Virus record (IMG/VR): IMGVR_UViG_3300001847_000530
Coordinates: 1-58,126 of that record
Reading direction: 5' to 3' (one strand)
Length of the DNA stretch: 58,126 nucleotides
DNA from: a virus
Lineage: Duplodnaviria > Caudoviricetes
Made by a program: the position numbers and the translations under genes. Positions 9,829-19,353 of this stretch are shown in pieces. The notes beneath the pieces were generated by a model that saw only the letters and a program-made list of their open reading frames with translations, ran no database searches and was not told the origin of the DNA. The number at the start of each line of letters is the position of its first letter. Position 1 is the first letter of the stretch.

Positions 9829-10211
9829 GCGAAAGCATTTTAGACTTTGAAATCGATCAGAAGGTCGAGAAGTTTGCAGAGGCGATCAATGATACGATAA
9901 TAAAGAATTATCCACACATAGAGTTAACTATCACTGGCGATAGCGCAGAAAATACAGATCACACACTGCGCGCACAGCGCATTTATCTGAAAACCGACCA
10001 TGGCGTGGTCATCGTGATGCCGGACTTCAATAATCGGTCTGCTGCTGCGTGTGTCGTCAATGTGCGTCTGTGGCGCTGGATGTCTATGGAAGGATTCGAT
10101 GATGAGGCAATTGATCGAGAAGGAAAGCTGCTATCTAACCCATTACCCCATACTGACAGCAATGTGGAAATTCTGAGCTATTACCTCTCGCATAAAAATA
10201 GTGGATCATGA
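9825..10211 (+). CDS. Hypothetical protein
   Basis: Coupled ORF. Confidence 0.55.
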   Translation: MSESILDFEIDQKVEKFAEAINDTIIKNYPHIELTITGDSAENTDHTLRAQRIYLKTDHGVVIVMPDFNNRSAAACVVNVRLWRWMSMEGFDDEAIDREGKLLSNPLPHTDSNVEILSYYLSHKNSGS

Positions 10212-10915
10212 AGAAATTTGATTACCAGAAAGTCAAGCTGATCAGCCATAGCATTAGCTCGGATTATGACAACGTGATGGAACCAGACGAACTGGTTGCA
10301 TACTGTGCTCGTGTTAGCAATCCTGCTAATCAAAACAATCACGAGACGGCCGGCAAACTCGTGCAATATCTTGTGAAGCACAAGCATTGGTCACCGCTCG
10401 AGATGGTGTCTGCTACCGTCGAGATCGAGACCACACGAGACATTGCTCGTCAGATTCTGCGTCACCGTTCGTTTTCGTTTCAGGAGTTCTCACAGAGATA
10501 TGCTGATCCTACTGCTGCTCTTGACTTTACAACACGAGAAGCTCGGTTGCAGGATACTAAGAATCGTCAAAACAGCATTGCAACTGAGGACGAAGAGCTT
10601 GCTGACGAATGGGCGCGGATGCAGAATAAAGCAATCAATGCTGCTCGGAAAGCATACGACTGGGCGATCTCGAATGGAATTGCAAAGGAGCAGGCGCGCG
10701 CAGTTCTTCCGGAGGGTAACACGATGTCTAGAATGTATATGGCAGGAACTCTGCGCTCGTTCATTCACTACATCGATGTTCGCACTGGCAACGGAACTCA
10801 GGCTGAGCACATGGATGTTGCAAACAAGGTAGCAATATCTCTGTATCCGATCTTTCCGCTAGTTGTTGACTTCAACAGACAGTTTGGAGTTAAGAGTCAA
10901 GGACAAACTGAATAA
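10208..10915 (+). CDS. thyX: FAD-dependent thymidylate synthase
   Basis: RHRSFSFQEFSQRY ThyX motif; H.SPLE; AR.VLP. Confidence 0.95.
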   Translation: MKKFDYQKVKLISHSISSDYDNVMEPDELVAYCARVSNPANQNNHETAGKLVQYLVKHKHWSPLEMVSATVEIETTRDIARQILRHRSFSFQEFSQRYADPTAALDFTTREARLQDTKNRQNSIATEDEELADEWARMQNKAINAARKAYDWAISNGIAKEQARAVLPEGNTMSRMYMAGTLRSFIHYIDVRTGNGTQAEHMDVANKVAISLYPIFPLVVDFNRQFGVKSQGQTE

Positions 10916-10984
10916 TCTTGTTTTTGGCCAAATTCTTGTTTACATTTCATGCCAAAAGCATAAGATTGATCTTGTAAATTCGCA

Positions 10985-11344
10985 ATGAATACCAATACTA
11001 ATAATACCACTACTAATACTAACTCTACGACGGCTACGGCCGCTAAGTCGCCCAAGACTAAGCCGACCGCTCCGACGAAGCCCACACCGACGACCAATCC
11101 GAAGCGTGGTGCTAAGAAGTCCGAGGTTGTTGCTCTGCTCAAGAACTTCACGTTTCCTGCTAACCCGTTCACGGTTCGTGAGGTATACTGCTCGCTGGGC
11201 GTCTGCCACGGTCTGATTCGTTCCTACGTCAAGAAGAACGCCAAGATCGTCGGTGATGCACCCAAGGCTGCTGGTTCGACCGGCAAAGCTCGTGGCAAGG
11301 CTGCAAAGCTCTATCAGCTGCCTGCCGACAAGCTGAACTACTAA
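10985..11344 (+). CDS. Basic Thr/Lys/Pro-rich protein, possibly DNA-binding
   Basis: Low-complexity N-terminus, basic C-terminus; own TTTACA/TAAGAT promoter. Confidence 0.55.
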   Translation: MNTNTNNTTTNTNSTTATAAKSPKTKPTAPTKPTPTTNPKRGAKKSEVVALLKNFTFPANPFTVREVYCSLGVCHGLIRSYVKKNAKIVGDAPKAAGSTGKARGKAAKLYQLPADKLNY

Positions 11345-11409
11345 GTTTCTTCGTCATCGCCGACCAGCGGCGGCGATAAGATCCGCTGGTTTGTGTTATG
11401 CATAAACAC

Positions 11410-11439
11410 ACTTCCTAGTCCTCACCGACTAGGAAGTCG
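11410..11439. terminator. Stem-loop, possible terminator
   Basis: ACTTCCTAGTC...GACTAGGAAGT inverted repeat; poor U-tract. Confidence 0.45.
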
Positions 11440-11452
11440 TGCTTTAGCTGGT

Positions 11453-11520
11453 AGTCAATGACTTACGCAATTTTATTTCCTATCATTTTTTCTAGAATAG
11501 TGTAGGATATCTCCATGATG
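11453..11520 (+). promoter_or_regulatory. Early-promoter cassette (IHF-like box, CTATCA -35, TAGGAT -10, ATGATG)
   Basis: Repeated about ten times in window; near-identical to copy at 54633-54700. Confidence 0.7.
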
Positions 11521-11946
11521 AATACTGCTACTATCAACCGTAACGTTCTTACGGCCATTCGCGCCGATCTCGATGCCGCTATCGCCGCCGTTGCTGCCAA
11601 GCACGGTGTATCGATGAAAACCGGTTCTGCTCGGTTTTCGTCCGCTGCTGCGACGATGAAGGTTGAGATCGCCACGATCTCTGCTACCGGCGAGGTCATC
11701 AGCAAGACGATTGCTGCTTTGCGCGCCAACTACAAGTACCTTGGTCTGACTGAGGATCATCTGAATGCGACGTTCAGCATCGCCGGTCGTACCTACAAGC
11801 TCGCCGGCTACAACTCGCGCCGGTATGCTAAGCCGTTCGAGATCAAGTGCTTGGATAACGGCAAGATCTACGTTACCACCGAGGCGCAGATTCGCGCTGC
11901 GCTCGGAATTCCCGCCAAGATCTCGCAATTTTCCTCGCGCTTCTGA
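11515..11946 (+). CDS. Hypothetical early protein
   Basis: Follows cassette; strong codon bias. Confidence 0.7.
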   Translation: MMNTATINRNVLTAIRADLDAAIAAVAAKHGVSMKTGSARFSSAAATMKVEIATISATGEVISKTIAALRANYKYLGLTEDHLNATFSIAGRTYKLAGYNSRRYAKPFEIKCLDNGKIYVTTEAQIRAALGIPAKISQFSSRF

Positions 11947-11948
11947 GC

Positions 11949-12015
11949 TCCAACAACTTACGTAACTTTCTTTCCTATCATTTTAGCTATAACCTGTTAG
12001 GATTTATCCATGATG
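11949..12015 (+). promoter_or_regulatory. Early-promoter cassette
   Basis: CAACAACTTA..CCTATCA..TAGGAT-6 nt-ATGATG. Confidence 0.6.
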
Positions 12016-12300
12016 AAACTTAAGCAACATTCCTCCAATTGTCACGAACTCGCTCTTGCTCGCGGTGCGGTTCTCTTCTCGTACGAGACGCCCGTGGCCA
12101 TTTCATTCGATTACCCGACGAAGGTCAAGTTCACGTCTGAACAGCTCGACATCGAAGCCGAGTTCTACGGCGTCTATCGTACTGACGTAAAGTACAGCAA
12201 GGCAACGACTAAGCATATCAATGCTTGGACTGCGACTACGCGCACGCTCTCGCAGGAAGTTCTCGAGGATCTCGCCGGCCAGATTCTTCGTAACGTCTGA
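12010..12300 (+). CDS. Hypothetical early protein
   Basis: LFSYETPVA and YSK.TTKHIN motifs typical of small phage proteins. Confidence 0.7.
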   Translation: MMKLKQHSSNCHELALARGAVLFSYETPVAISFDYPTKVKFTSEQLDIEAEFYGVYRTDVKYSKATTKHINAWTATTRTLSQEVLEDLAGQILRNV

Positions 12301-12313
12301 GCATCAACAGGTT

Positions 12314-12604
12314 ATGCAACCTAAAGTAGGGTCATTTTTTGTCCATCCAGATCAGCAAGCTAGTCGATCTGACTTTTATGTGCTGGCACAGATCGTAGAC
12401 GACAGATCTAAGCAAGTTGGTTACGTCGCTCTACCGGTGTTTATTGACCGTCGATCTTGCTTTCGCAAACCCGCCAAACTCGCTTCTGAGGCCGTTTCTG
12501 GACTTCTTACTGCTGGCTTTTCAGCCTATAAGATACACAAGATCGAGGTGCGGGCAATCGTTAATAATCAAGGGGTTATACAAACCGAGAACGGTCATTG
12601 GTAA
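12314..12604 (+). CDS. Hypothetical protein
   Basis: ORF fills gap between cassettes. Confidence 0.45.
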   Translation: MQPKVGSFFVHPDQQASRSDFYVLAQIVDDRSKQVGYVALPVFIDRRSCFRKPAKLASEAVSGLLTAGFSAYKIHKIEVRAIVNNQGVIQTENGHW

Positions 12605-12670
12605 TCAACGGGTTACGTTTTTTTCTCGCCTATCATTTCTTCTAGAGCCTGTTAAGATATTCTCATGATG
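12603..12670 (+). promoter_or_regulatory. Early-promoter cassette
   Basis: AATCAACGGGTTA..CCTATCA..TAAGAT-6 nt-ATGATG. Confidence 0.7.
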
Positions 12671-12871
12671 AAACTTACCACTAAACTTCCGAACGGCAAG
12701 TTCAAGGTCAACAAAGCTGCGGTCATCGCACGACTCAAGAAGCTTCGCAAGCAGCGCAAGGAGGTCGATATCCCAGGTCTGCTTCCGGTCTCTCAGCGTG
12801 AAGTTTCCGCTGAGGCGCGCGAGATGACTCGCTACCGCGCTGACAACTTCATCAATACCTCTGAGGAATAA
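12665..12871 (+). CDS. Hypothetical basic early protein
   Basis: Follows cassette. Confidence 0.65.
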   Translation: MMKLTTKLPNGKFKVNKAAVIARLKKLRKQRKEVDIPGLLPVSQREVSAEAREMTRYRADNFINTSEE

Positions 12872-12872
12872 G

Positions 12873-13136
12873 ATGAATTCCGAGAACATCTACGACTCTG
12901 GCCATTTTAACTGGCAGCATAATGGCATCTTCGGGGTGTCATCGATCAGCCGCCTGTTCGGTCCTGTCTGGAAAGCTCCGCCGAGCGACATCGGAGTCAA
13001 ATCCGCGCGCACCGGCGCCATCAAAATTTTCCATCTTGATACCACCGCGCCTGGGTACGAGGACGGCTGGGACGGCGAGTACAAGCGCTACATTTCTACT
13101 GATGGCAGCATCAAGCTGCAGATCGACCTTCACTAA
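12873..13136 (+). CDS. Hypothetical protein
   Basis: Coupled ORF. Confidence 0.6.
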   Translation: MNSENIYDSGHFNWQHNGIFGVSSISRLFGPVWKAPPSDIGVKSARTGAIKIFHLDTTAPGYEDGWDGEYKRYISTDGSIKLQIDLH

Positions 13137-13140
13137 TACT

Positions 13141-13347
13141 ATGGACTACTCAAAAATTCCTGACACGCTCTCGCAAGAAATCCGCGATGCAGCGCTTGAT
13201 GAGAGGCGGGTCATCTTTGACGATCCGCAGCAGCTGCGGTTCATCTTTGACGATCCGCAGCAATGCTGGCACGGCCCTCGCTGGCATATCCGCGATGAGC
13301 AGCTCGCAGACATTCTGCTGAGCCGCGAGAATCCCAACTCTTTTTGA
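13141..13347 (+). CDS. Hypothetical protein with internal 10-aa duplication
   Basis: 30-nt tandem repeat at 13206-13265. Confidence 0.5.
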   Translation: MDYSKIPDTLSQEIRDAALDERRVIFDDPQQLRFIFDDPQQCWHGPRWHIRDEQLADILLSRENPNSF

Positions 13348-13353
13348 CACACC

Positions 13354-13566
13354 ATGACATCTAAACTCTATTCTATTCTGCGCTGGTGCGACCGTTACGG
13401 CGCTGTTATTCTAAGCATTCTTTGGCTTGCTCTGGCCATATTCGACTTTGTCTACGGAGTGTGGTTCGGACCACACGAGAACACAAAGAGTCACCTGATC
13501 AGCGCCGGCTATGAAGCACTGCTAGCAATGTCGTGGTTCATCATCGATGCATTCTACCGCAAGTAA
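13354..13566 (+). CDS. Small membrane protein
   Basis: Two hydrophobic helices. Confidence 0.55.
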   Translation: MTSKLYSILRWCDRYGAVILSILWLALAIFDFVYGVWFGPHENTKSHLISAGYEALLAMSWFIIDAFYRK

Positions 13567-14043
13567 GTGGACATCATAGTCGTAGGCGGAACAAAGCAGC
13601 AGCGCGCATTAGTTGAGCAGGCTGCTGCCTTTTACAGCAACTTTCTGATAGGCAGTGTGTCTGACTTGTTCATCACGATCAAGCTCAAGCGTAACCTGCT
13701 GAACAAGGAAGATGTCAAGGCGGACTGTCTGCTAGATGAAGACGAGGATGACTACAAGTCGTTTGAGATTCGCATAGACAGTCTGATGAATATGCCCGGG
13801 GTGTTGCGATCTCTTGCTCACGAGATGGTCCATGTCAGTCAGTACTACAGCGGCAAAATGAAAGACCGCGGCATCAGCGGTGTTGTCTGGAAGGGTCAGG
13901 CGATGAGTCTGACCATCGCGCATTACTACGATCTTCCTTGGGAAGTCGAGGCGTACAGCATGGAGGAGGGCCTTTACGAGCGGTTCGTCACTCGCAAGAA
14001 ACTAGGCCGTGCAAAATGGTACAGAGATAGGGACTATCTATAA
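13567..14043 (+). CDS. Zincin-like metallopeptidase
   Basis: LAHEMVH (HExxH) and PWE.EAY. Confidence 0.8.
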   Translation: MDIIVVGGTKQQRALVEQAAAFYSNFLIGSVSDLFITIKLKRNLLNKEDVKADCLLDEDEDDYKSFEIRIDSLMNMPGVLRSLAHEMVHVSQYYSGKMKDRGISGVVWKGQAMSLTIAHYYDLPWEVEAYSMEEGLYERFVTRKKLGRAKWYRDRDYL

Positions 14044-14046
14044 ATA
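14039..14046 (+). promoter_or_regulatory. T4-type late promoter
   Basis: TATAAATA 7 nt before ATG 14054. Confidence 0.7.
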
Positions 14047-14053
14047 GCCTTAA

Positions 14054-14824
14054 ATGGCTCAACAAGGATTTCAGTACGAGATTAATGCTTGCGACGTTCT
14101 AAAACCTATGGGCTTTGTCCCCAAGGAATTCAAGCCTGCGGGTGCAGGGCACAACCAACCAGATCTGATGCTCTTGCACAAGGGACAGACTGCTGGGTGT
14201 GAATTGAAAATTACTGCTGCTTCTGCTGGATCTCTTGTGCTGAAATACGATTCGCCGATCGGTGGAATGAAGATCGGTTATGGCGGCGGAAAAAACCCAT
14301 GGAGTTTTGGCAAGATCGGACCCGATGAGGATGAAAAGCAATTCATTTCCTCGCTTGCCGAGGAAGTTGGTGTCTTCAAGCGTATCGCAAAGGAATGGAC
14401 AGAAGAACCACTAAAGCGTGAAAGCAAAGATGATAAGTGGAAAGCTACTGCTGGCAAATTGTCTCCAAAGGAAAGATATGAGCGCGACAGAGATACCTTT
14501 CACGACATCATTGGTGAGATTCCTGCTACTAAAATCGAGGACTATTACATCAAGAAGCACACCTATTACGTCAACGTGGGCACGCATGGATTCTACCTAA
14601 TGGGCAGCCAAAATCCGCTTAAGCTTGAAGGCGTGCCGCGGTTTGGATCATCTGCATCCGCTACATATCGTGCGCGTGTGCAGTATAAGGGATCGGGAAA
14701 CTATCAGTTTACTTTTGAGATGCAGTTCAGAATGCGCGCAAAGTCTCCTTTCAACATCGCACCGGTGAACGGCAAATCAGTTGAGATCATTAAATCCCAA
14801 CTGAATCTATCCTGCTTTACTTGA
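14054..14824 (+). CDS. PD-(D/E)XK nuclease-like protein
   Basis: G..YE...PDL...ELK pattern. Confidence 0.55.
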   Translation: MAQQGFQYEINACDVLKPMGFVPKEFKPAGAGHNQPDLMLLHKGQTAGCELKITAASAGSLVLKYDSPIGGMKIGYGGGKNPWSFGKIGPDEDEKQFISSLAEEVGVFKRIAKEWTEEPLKRESKDDKWKATAGKLSPKERYERDRDTFHDIIGEIPATKIEDYYIKKHTYYVNVGTHGFYLMGSQNPLKLEGVPRFGSSASATYRARVQYKGSGNYQFTFEMQFRMRAKSPFNIAPVNGKSVEIIKSQLNLSCFT

Positions 14825-15428
14825 TTCCAATACCACGACGGACATCGTGGTACATTTCGTTCTTGTGCGCTGTTGTCATCTTCGATGGAGCGCCTGAATG
14901 AAATTCTTTCTTGTTGCCGGCAGCAGCGTGAGCGCGCATCTTACTAGCTGACATACCACTCGTGCCTTCAGCATCTGGGTCACGCTCGCCAGCAGAGTGA
15001 ACAGTGATTGACTTGAAGTTGTAGCTGCCATGATCGAGCTTCTTGCCGTTGTACTTGTGCAGCAAATTGTGCAGCTCTTCCTTGCGATCAGATCCTGCAA
15101 CCACATGGAGATGCTGGACGCCTTGCTTGTGCAGATCGGCTGCATGATGCAGAATTGTGGGTTTCTCCTTGCTTGCCGCCTTCACGTTCGTTCCCGGGAA
15201 TGCGCGCTTGGCATGCTTCACCCTTTGCGCAGCAGTCAGCGGATTCTTCTTGGGATCTGTCGAGTGCGACAGCACGACAGTATGCTCTGCGCCATGCTCC
15301 TTAGCAACATCATGAACTTTATTGACGAGTGCTTCGTGGCCGGACGTCACTGGATTCATACGGCCAAAAGCTAGAACGTGATGGCCGTTGCCGGCTGCTT
15401 CTTTGAAGAATGTGCTGAACGATTTCAT
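14817..15428 (-). CDS. Cytidylyltransferase-like (HIGH-fold) nucleotidyltransferase
   Basis: FGRMNP.TSGH, KNPL, VAGSDR, SAGERDPD, MSASKMR. Confidence 0.85.
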   Translation of the reverse strand: MKSFSTFFKEAAGNGHHVLAFGRMNPVTSGHEALVNKVHDVAKEHGAEHTVVLSHSTDPKKNPLTAAQRVKHAKRAFPGTNVKAASKEKPTILHHAADLHKQGVQHLHVVAGSDRKEELHNLLHKYNGKKLDHGSYNFKSITVHSAGERDPDAEGTSGMSASKMRAHAAAGNKKEFHSGAPSKMTTAHKNEMYHDVRRGIGIK

Positions 15429-16675
15429 CCGCGCGATTTGAGAAGGTTAGCGCGAGCAAACTCAGCGCGATTGACGAGCTTAGTGGGTTCTTCGTGGCCC
15501 TTGAACTTGTGATTGATGACGAATCCTTCAGGTTTTGACTTGTTGCTGCCGATGTGGTGGCTCAGGCCGCCTTCGTGCTTCTCAAGGTTGTGTACCAGAA
15601 CGTTCTTGGCCTGCTGTAGGTGATGGTGCATCGAGAGCAGATTGGCATAATGCTTTGCGTGCTTCTCGATGTGTGCGTTATGCTCGGCGCCGATTGCGCG
15701 CTTCTTTTCCTGCCCAGCAGGTGTCTTCAATCCACTTGCCTGCTTTTCGTAGTGTGAGGTAATGTGGTGCTGCAGTCCTTGAACAGAAGGCTTCTCGCCA
15801 GTACGCACAGTATGATTGATGTAGGTTGACAGATGCCCAGCCTCGCCGCGATGTTTCTCAGTCGCAGCGTACATCTTATTCTTGTGCGTATCATGGATTT
15901 CCTTAGCAGCTGCCATGTGCTTCTCGAACGAGTGCTGATCGTGCTTAGGATACTCAATCTTGCTGGTATCGTGCTCAGCAGTTTTCAGGTGAACATCGGG
16001 ATGCGACTTGAAGTTATGAGTGTCTGGATGAGCACTGACCGACATATGCTCCACACCATCTTCTTTGCTGTGCGGGTGATACTGTTGGTGAACCACCACA
16101 CCAAACTTAGAGCGTGCTACCTTCTTAGCCTCATCTCCATGAGCAGTGTAGGTAATCGTGTTAGGCGTGAACGAGACAGACTTAGCTTCCAGCAGGATCG
16201 CATTCTCGTGTAGATGCTTGCTGTCAGCGGTGTGCAGAACGTCACCCTGATAGACACCGTGCTTTGGCGCGACCTTTGGCAGATGCTTTAGCGCATGCTT
16301 CAGAGTACGAACCAGACCAGGAGCATGACCGTGATTCTTATCGATGTCATGCTCGGTGTAATTGATCTTCGGATTCTTGTTGAACGCGCTCTTTGTGGCC
16401 ACGAAAAACTTCTTTGTCTTCGGATGATGACCGAAAACAATCGATGGCGACCCGTCATACTTCATCGTCAGCGTGCTGTCATGCTTGCCTGCCTTCATAT
16501 GCTCGTGAGCGTGCATCAGTGCGGCATGAGCGTGCTCGAATCCCTCGCTGCCATGAAGCAGCGGGCGATCCTCGGCGTGATGAATGTGCTTCAGTTGCTG
16601 AGGTGACTCAGCTGCTTCCTGAAGCATATCTGTGTAGGTTTCAGCAATCGTTTTAAGGGCGGAAAGTTGCAGCAT
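15425..16675 (-). CDS. His-rich protein with ligase-like KxDG motif (DUF6267-like)
   Basis: TMKYDGSP, FVATKS, YQGD, PEGFV and KLVNR follow nucleotidyltransferase motif order. Confidence 0.65.
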   Translation of the reverse strand: MLQLSALKTIAETYTDMLQEAAESPQQLKHIHHAEDRPLLHGSEGFEHAHAALMHAHEHMKAGKHDSTLTMKYDGSPSIVFGHHPKTKKFFVATKSAFNKNPKINYTEHDIDKNHGHAPGLVRTLKHALKHLPKVAPKHGVYQGDVLHTADSKHLHENAILLEAKSVSFTPNTITYTAHGDEAKKVARSKFGVVVHQQYHPHSKEDGVEHMSVSAHPDTHNFKSHPDVHLKTAEHDTSKIEYPKHDQHSFEKHMAAAKEIHDTHKNKMYAATEKHRGEAGHLSTYINHTVRTGEKPSVQGLQHHITSHYEKQASGLKTPAGQEKKRAIGAEHNAHIEKHAKHYANLLSMHHHLQQAKNVLVHNLEKHEGGLSHHIGSNKSKPEGFVINHKFKGHEEPTKLVNRAEFARANLLKSRG

Positions 16676-16688
16676 AAATTGGTTTTTC

Positions 16689-16696
16689 TATTTATA
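16689..16696 (-). promoter_or_regulatory. T4-type late promoter
   Basis: TATAAATA on minus strand upstream of 16675. Confidence 0.7.
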
Positions 16697-16710
16697 AAAA
16701 TACGCAGAAT

Positions 16711-16738
16711 AAAAAACCCGTGATGTAAATCACGGGTT
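16711..16738 (-). terminator. Rho-independent terminator
   Basis: AACCCGTGAT/ATCACGGGTT hairpin with U-tract on minus strand. Confidence 0.75.
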
Positions 16739-16760
16739 GTTACAGAGCTTAAACTGAGTA

Positions 16761-17060
16761 TTACTTAGCGGCAGGAGGCGGAGCGATGATCTCCGATGTG
16801 CCCTTGACCATGCTGCCTACAAGGTCAAGTCCGCCACCGACGATTTTGCCGCCGCCGGAAATAACCTTACCTGCTGTATCCGAAACGACGCCCAGAGACT
16901 TGCCGATATCTGCTGCACCGTTGCCGACAACATTGCCGACGCCGCCTACAGCTGACTGGCCGATACCCTTAGCCGAATTATAGGTTGCATCAACAGTGCC
17001 GCAACCTGAGAAAGTAGCAGTAATTGCTACGAGTGAGAGAACAGTGATAGTTTTCTTCAT
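16761..17060 (-). CDS. Gly-rich lipoprotein
   Basis: Signal peptide with FSGC lipobox. Confidence 0.7.
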   Translation of the reverse strand: MKKTITVLSLVAITATFSGCGTVDATYNSAKGIGQSAVGGVGNVVGNGAADIGKSLGVVSDTAGKVISGGGKIVGGGLDLVGSMVKGTSEIIAPPPAAK

Positions 17061-17105
17061 AAGGAAAAGTATTTATGGGTCTGGTACTTCAGATTCTAAC
17101 ATCTG

Positions 17106-17113
17106 TATAAATA
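17106..17113 (+). promoter_or_regulatory. T4-type late promoter
   Basis: TATAAATA. Confidence 0.65.
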
Positions 17114-17178
17114 GAATTCTATATTGCTTTTGGATGTCAATTTCGGCATTCAAAAAATGGGTAACTCGACACATTTCA

Positions 17179-17433
17179 ATGCTCTCGTTCAAAGACTTTC
17201 TGGCAGCTAACATCACGACAGACGAAACCGGCCAACAAGACCTCACAGCAATGAAGAGGCAATGTGGTCTGGTGGATGAGGAGGAAGAAAAGGTGGATGA
17301 GCATATCGTGAAAGTGTCAGGAGGTTACCGCCTTGTCAGCAAGAAGTCTGGCAAAAACCTCGGAACATATCCGACAAAGGCAGGCGCAGAAAAACGTGAA
17401 CGTCAGGTGCAGTACTTCAAGCACAATAAATGA
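17179..17433 (+). CDS. Small late protein, possible internal head protein
   Basis: MLSFKDFL N-terminus; basic C-terminal domain. Confidence 0.6.
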   Translation: MLSFKDFLAANITTDETGQQDLTAMKRQCGLVDEEEEKVDEHIVKVSGGYRLVSKKSGKNLGTYPTKAGAEKRERQVQYFKHNK

Positions 17434-18347
17434 TGATGAAATCTTTTAGCCAATTCGTCACCGAGACTGCTGCCAAGGAGATCGTCTGCGTGTTCGGGCG
17501 ATTCAATCCTCCCACAACAGCTCACGAGAAGCTTCTCGATGAAGCAGCTAAAATCGCCGGTAAAGGTCAGTACCGCGTGTATGCATCGAAGGCAGAGGAC
17601 AAGAGCACTAACCCTGTCTGCTTTGCCGAGAAAGTAAAGTATGTCCGCAAGATGTTTCCACGCCATGCGCGTGCTGTGATGTCAGATTCAGACATCGGAA
17701 ATCACCTGCAACTCTGTTCAAAACTTCACGAGCAAGGATTCACGAAGGTCACACTGGTCGTCAGCGAGGACAAGCTGGAAGAAACATCCGCTCTGATGCG
17801 TCACTACAACGGCCGAGCGCTGACAGAAGGAAAGGCATTCAATTTCCCACATCCGATTCGCGTGGTATCTACTGGCGAATCGGATCCCGACGCCGTTGCC
17901 TCGCAGAAGCTGAATGAGTCAGCAGCTGCTAACAATCTCGAGGTATTCAGCAAAGGTCTGCCCGCCACATTTACCGAGACAAAAGAACTGTTCAATGCAG
18001 TTCGCGCAGGAATGGGCCTGAAGGAATCAAAGACATTCCGCAAGCATATTCAGCTCGAGACAGTTTCTGAGCGTCGCGAGGCATATATCAAGGGCGAAAT
18101 CTTCAATCTAGGAGACGATGTGGTGTTGACAGAATCCAACGAGGTTGGTAAAATATGTCTTCGCGGTGCAAATTATCTGCTGGTATCATTGGCTGATGGG
18201 CGCAAGGTGCGTCGCTGGCTGAACGGCGTCGAACTGGTGGAAAAGCTGACGCCTGATGTGATTGAGTTAGATTCTACGCCAATCATCGAGTGCATTTCTA
18301 CTGGTCCAGGTAAATCTATTTCTAAAATCCGCCAAGTCAAGCAATGA
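17430..18347 (+). CDS. Second cytidylyltransferase-like protein with SH3-like C-terminal extension
   Basis: FGRFNPPTTAH; RE.Y..GEIF..GD. Confidence 0.8.
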   Translation: MMMKSFSQFVTETAAKEIVCVFGRFNPPTTAHEKLLDEAAKIAGKGQYRVYASKAEDKSTNPVCFAEKVKYVRKMFPRHARAVMSDSDIGNHLQLCSKLHEQGFTKVTLVVSEDKLEETSALMRHYNGRALTEGKAFNFPHPIRVVSTGESDPDAVASQKLNESAAANNLEVFSKGLPATFTETKELFNAVRAGMGLKESKTFRKHIQLETVSERREAYIKGEIFNLGDDVVLTESNEVGKICLRGANYLLVSLADGRKVRRWLNGVELVEKLTPDVIELDSTPIIECISTGPGKSISKIRQVKQ

Positions 18348-19348
18348 AGAATCTTAAGTCAATCCGCCAAGAAACTCAGACCGAAGGCCTGAAGGATGCA
18401 TGCTGGAAGGATTATGAGGCGATTGGAACTAAGCCCGGAAAGAATGGAAAGCCGGTTCCGAACTGCGTGCCAAAAGAAGGTCATGCTGAAGATGCTCAGA
18501 CTGCACACCAAGCTGCTCATGCTGCCTTGAAGAAGGGCGACATCGACACGTACCATCAGGAAATGGACAAGAAGTTTGCTGCTCATCTAGCTGCATCAGA
18601 TGAAGCATCAAAGAAGCCAGTAAAGACATTTGAGGATACCGACGAGCAAAAGAACCTTAAGATCACGAAGCACGAGAAAGCAGCAGTTGAAGCCGAAAAG
18701 CGTGGCGACACAAATGCTCAGAAATATCATTTAGATCGCGTCAAGTCTTTGCAATCTGAATCAGTTGTCACTGAGGCAAAGAAAGTAGAAGAAGATAAGC
18801 CCCTGAAGCATCTGGTTACTGTGACCGTGACTGATCCGCATCATGGTATGTCATCAAAGCGCAAAGAGAAGATCATGAAGCGCGTGAAGGTTTCTGCCGC
18901 TAATCCAAGGGAAGCTGTCAAGAAGGCAGAGGCACACTACAAGAAGCACGGTTTCAAGGTGCATGACTCACTGCATCATTCAATCGTGAATGAGAGCTTG
19001 GATACCGACGAATTTATTGACTCCTATGACCCAACTAATTCCCACAAAGATACTGAAGGCAACGTCTCAGAAAATTCTACGGAGGGAGAAACCCAAGCGC
19101 CGGAAGACAAAGAAGCAGTCGAAAAGATCAAGCTCCTCATCCGCCTCGGAATGCTAGAGATGTCCGATCTGCCGATTGCTGCACGAGTCATTCGTCGCAT
19201 CGAGCTCGATCAGCCAGTTACTGCTACTCAGGAACGCGCAGTGCTTGCTAAGCTAATGCGTAAGTTCGTCGAGTTTGTCACGCAGGACGACTTCATTTTC
19301 CGCAAGGTTCGTCAGTCGGTGGTGTCTGCTAATAAGAACACTGAGTAA
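18344..19348 (+). CDS. Modular late protein, possible internal head protein
   Basis: CW..YE.IG.K....VPNCVPKE module; charged segments. Confidence 0.6.
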   Translation: MKNLKSIRQETQTEGLKDACWKDYEAIGTKPGKNGKPVPNCVPKEGHAEDAQTAHQAAHAALKKGDIDTYHQEMDKKFAAHLAASDEASKKPVKTFEDTDEQKNLKITKHEKAAVEAEKRGDTNAQKYHLDRVKSLQSESVVTEAKKVEEDKPLKHLVTVTVTDPHHGMSSKRKEKIMKRVKVSAANPREAVKKAEAHYKKHGFKVHDSLHHSIVNESLDTDEFIDSYDPTNSHKDTEGNVSENSTEGETQAPEDKEAVEKIKLLIRLGMLEMSDLPIAARVIRRIELDQPVTATQERAVLAKLMRKFVEFVTQDDFIFRKVRQSVVSANKNTE

Positions 19349-19353
19349 CAACA

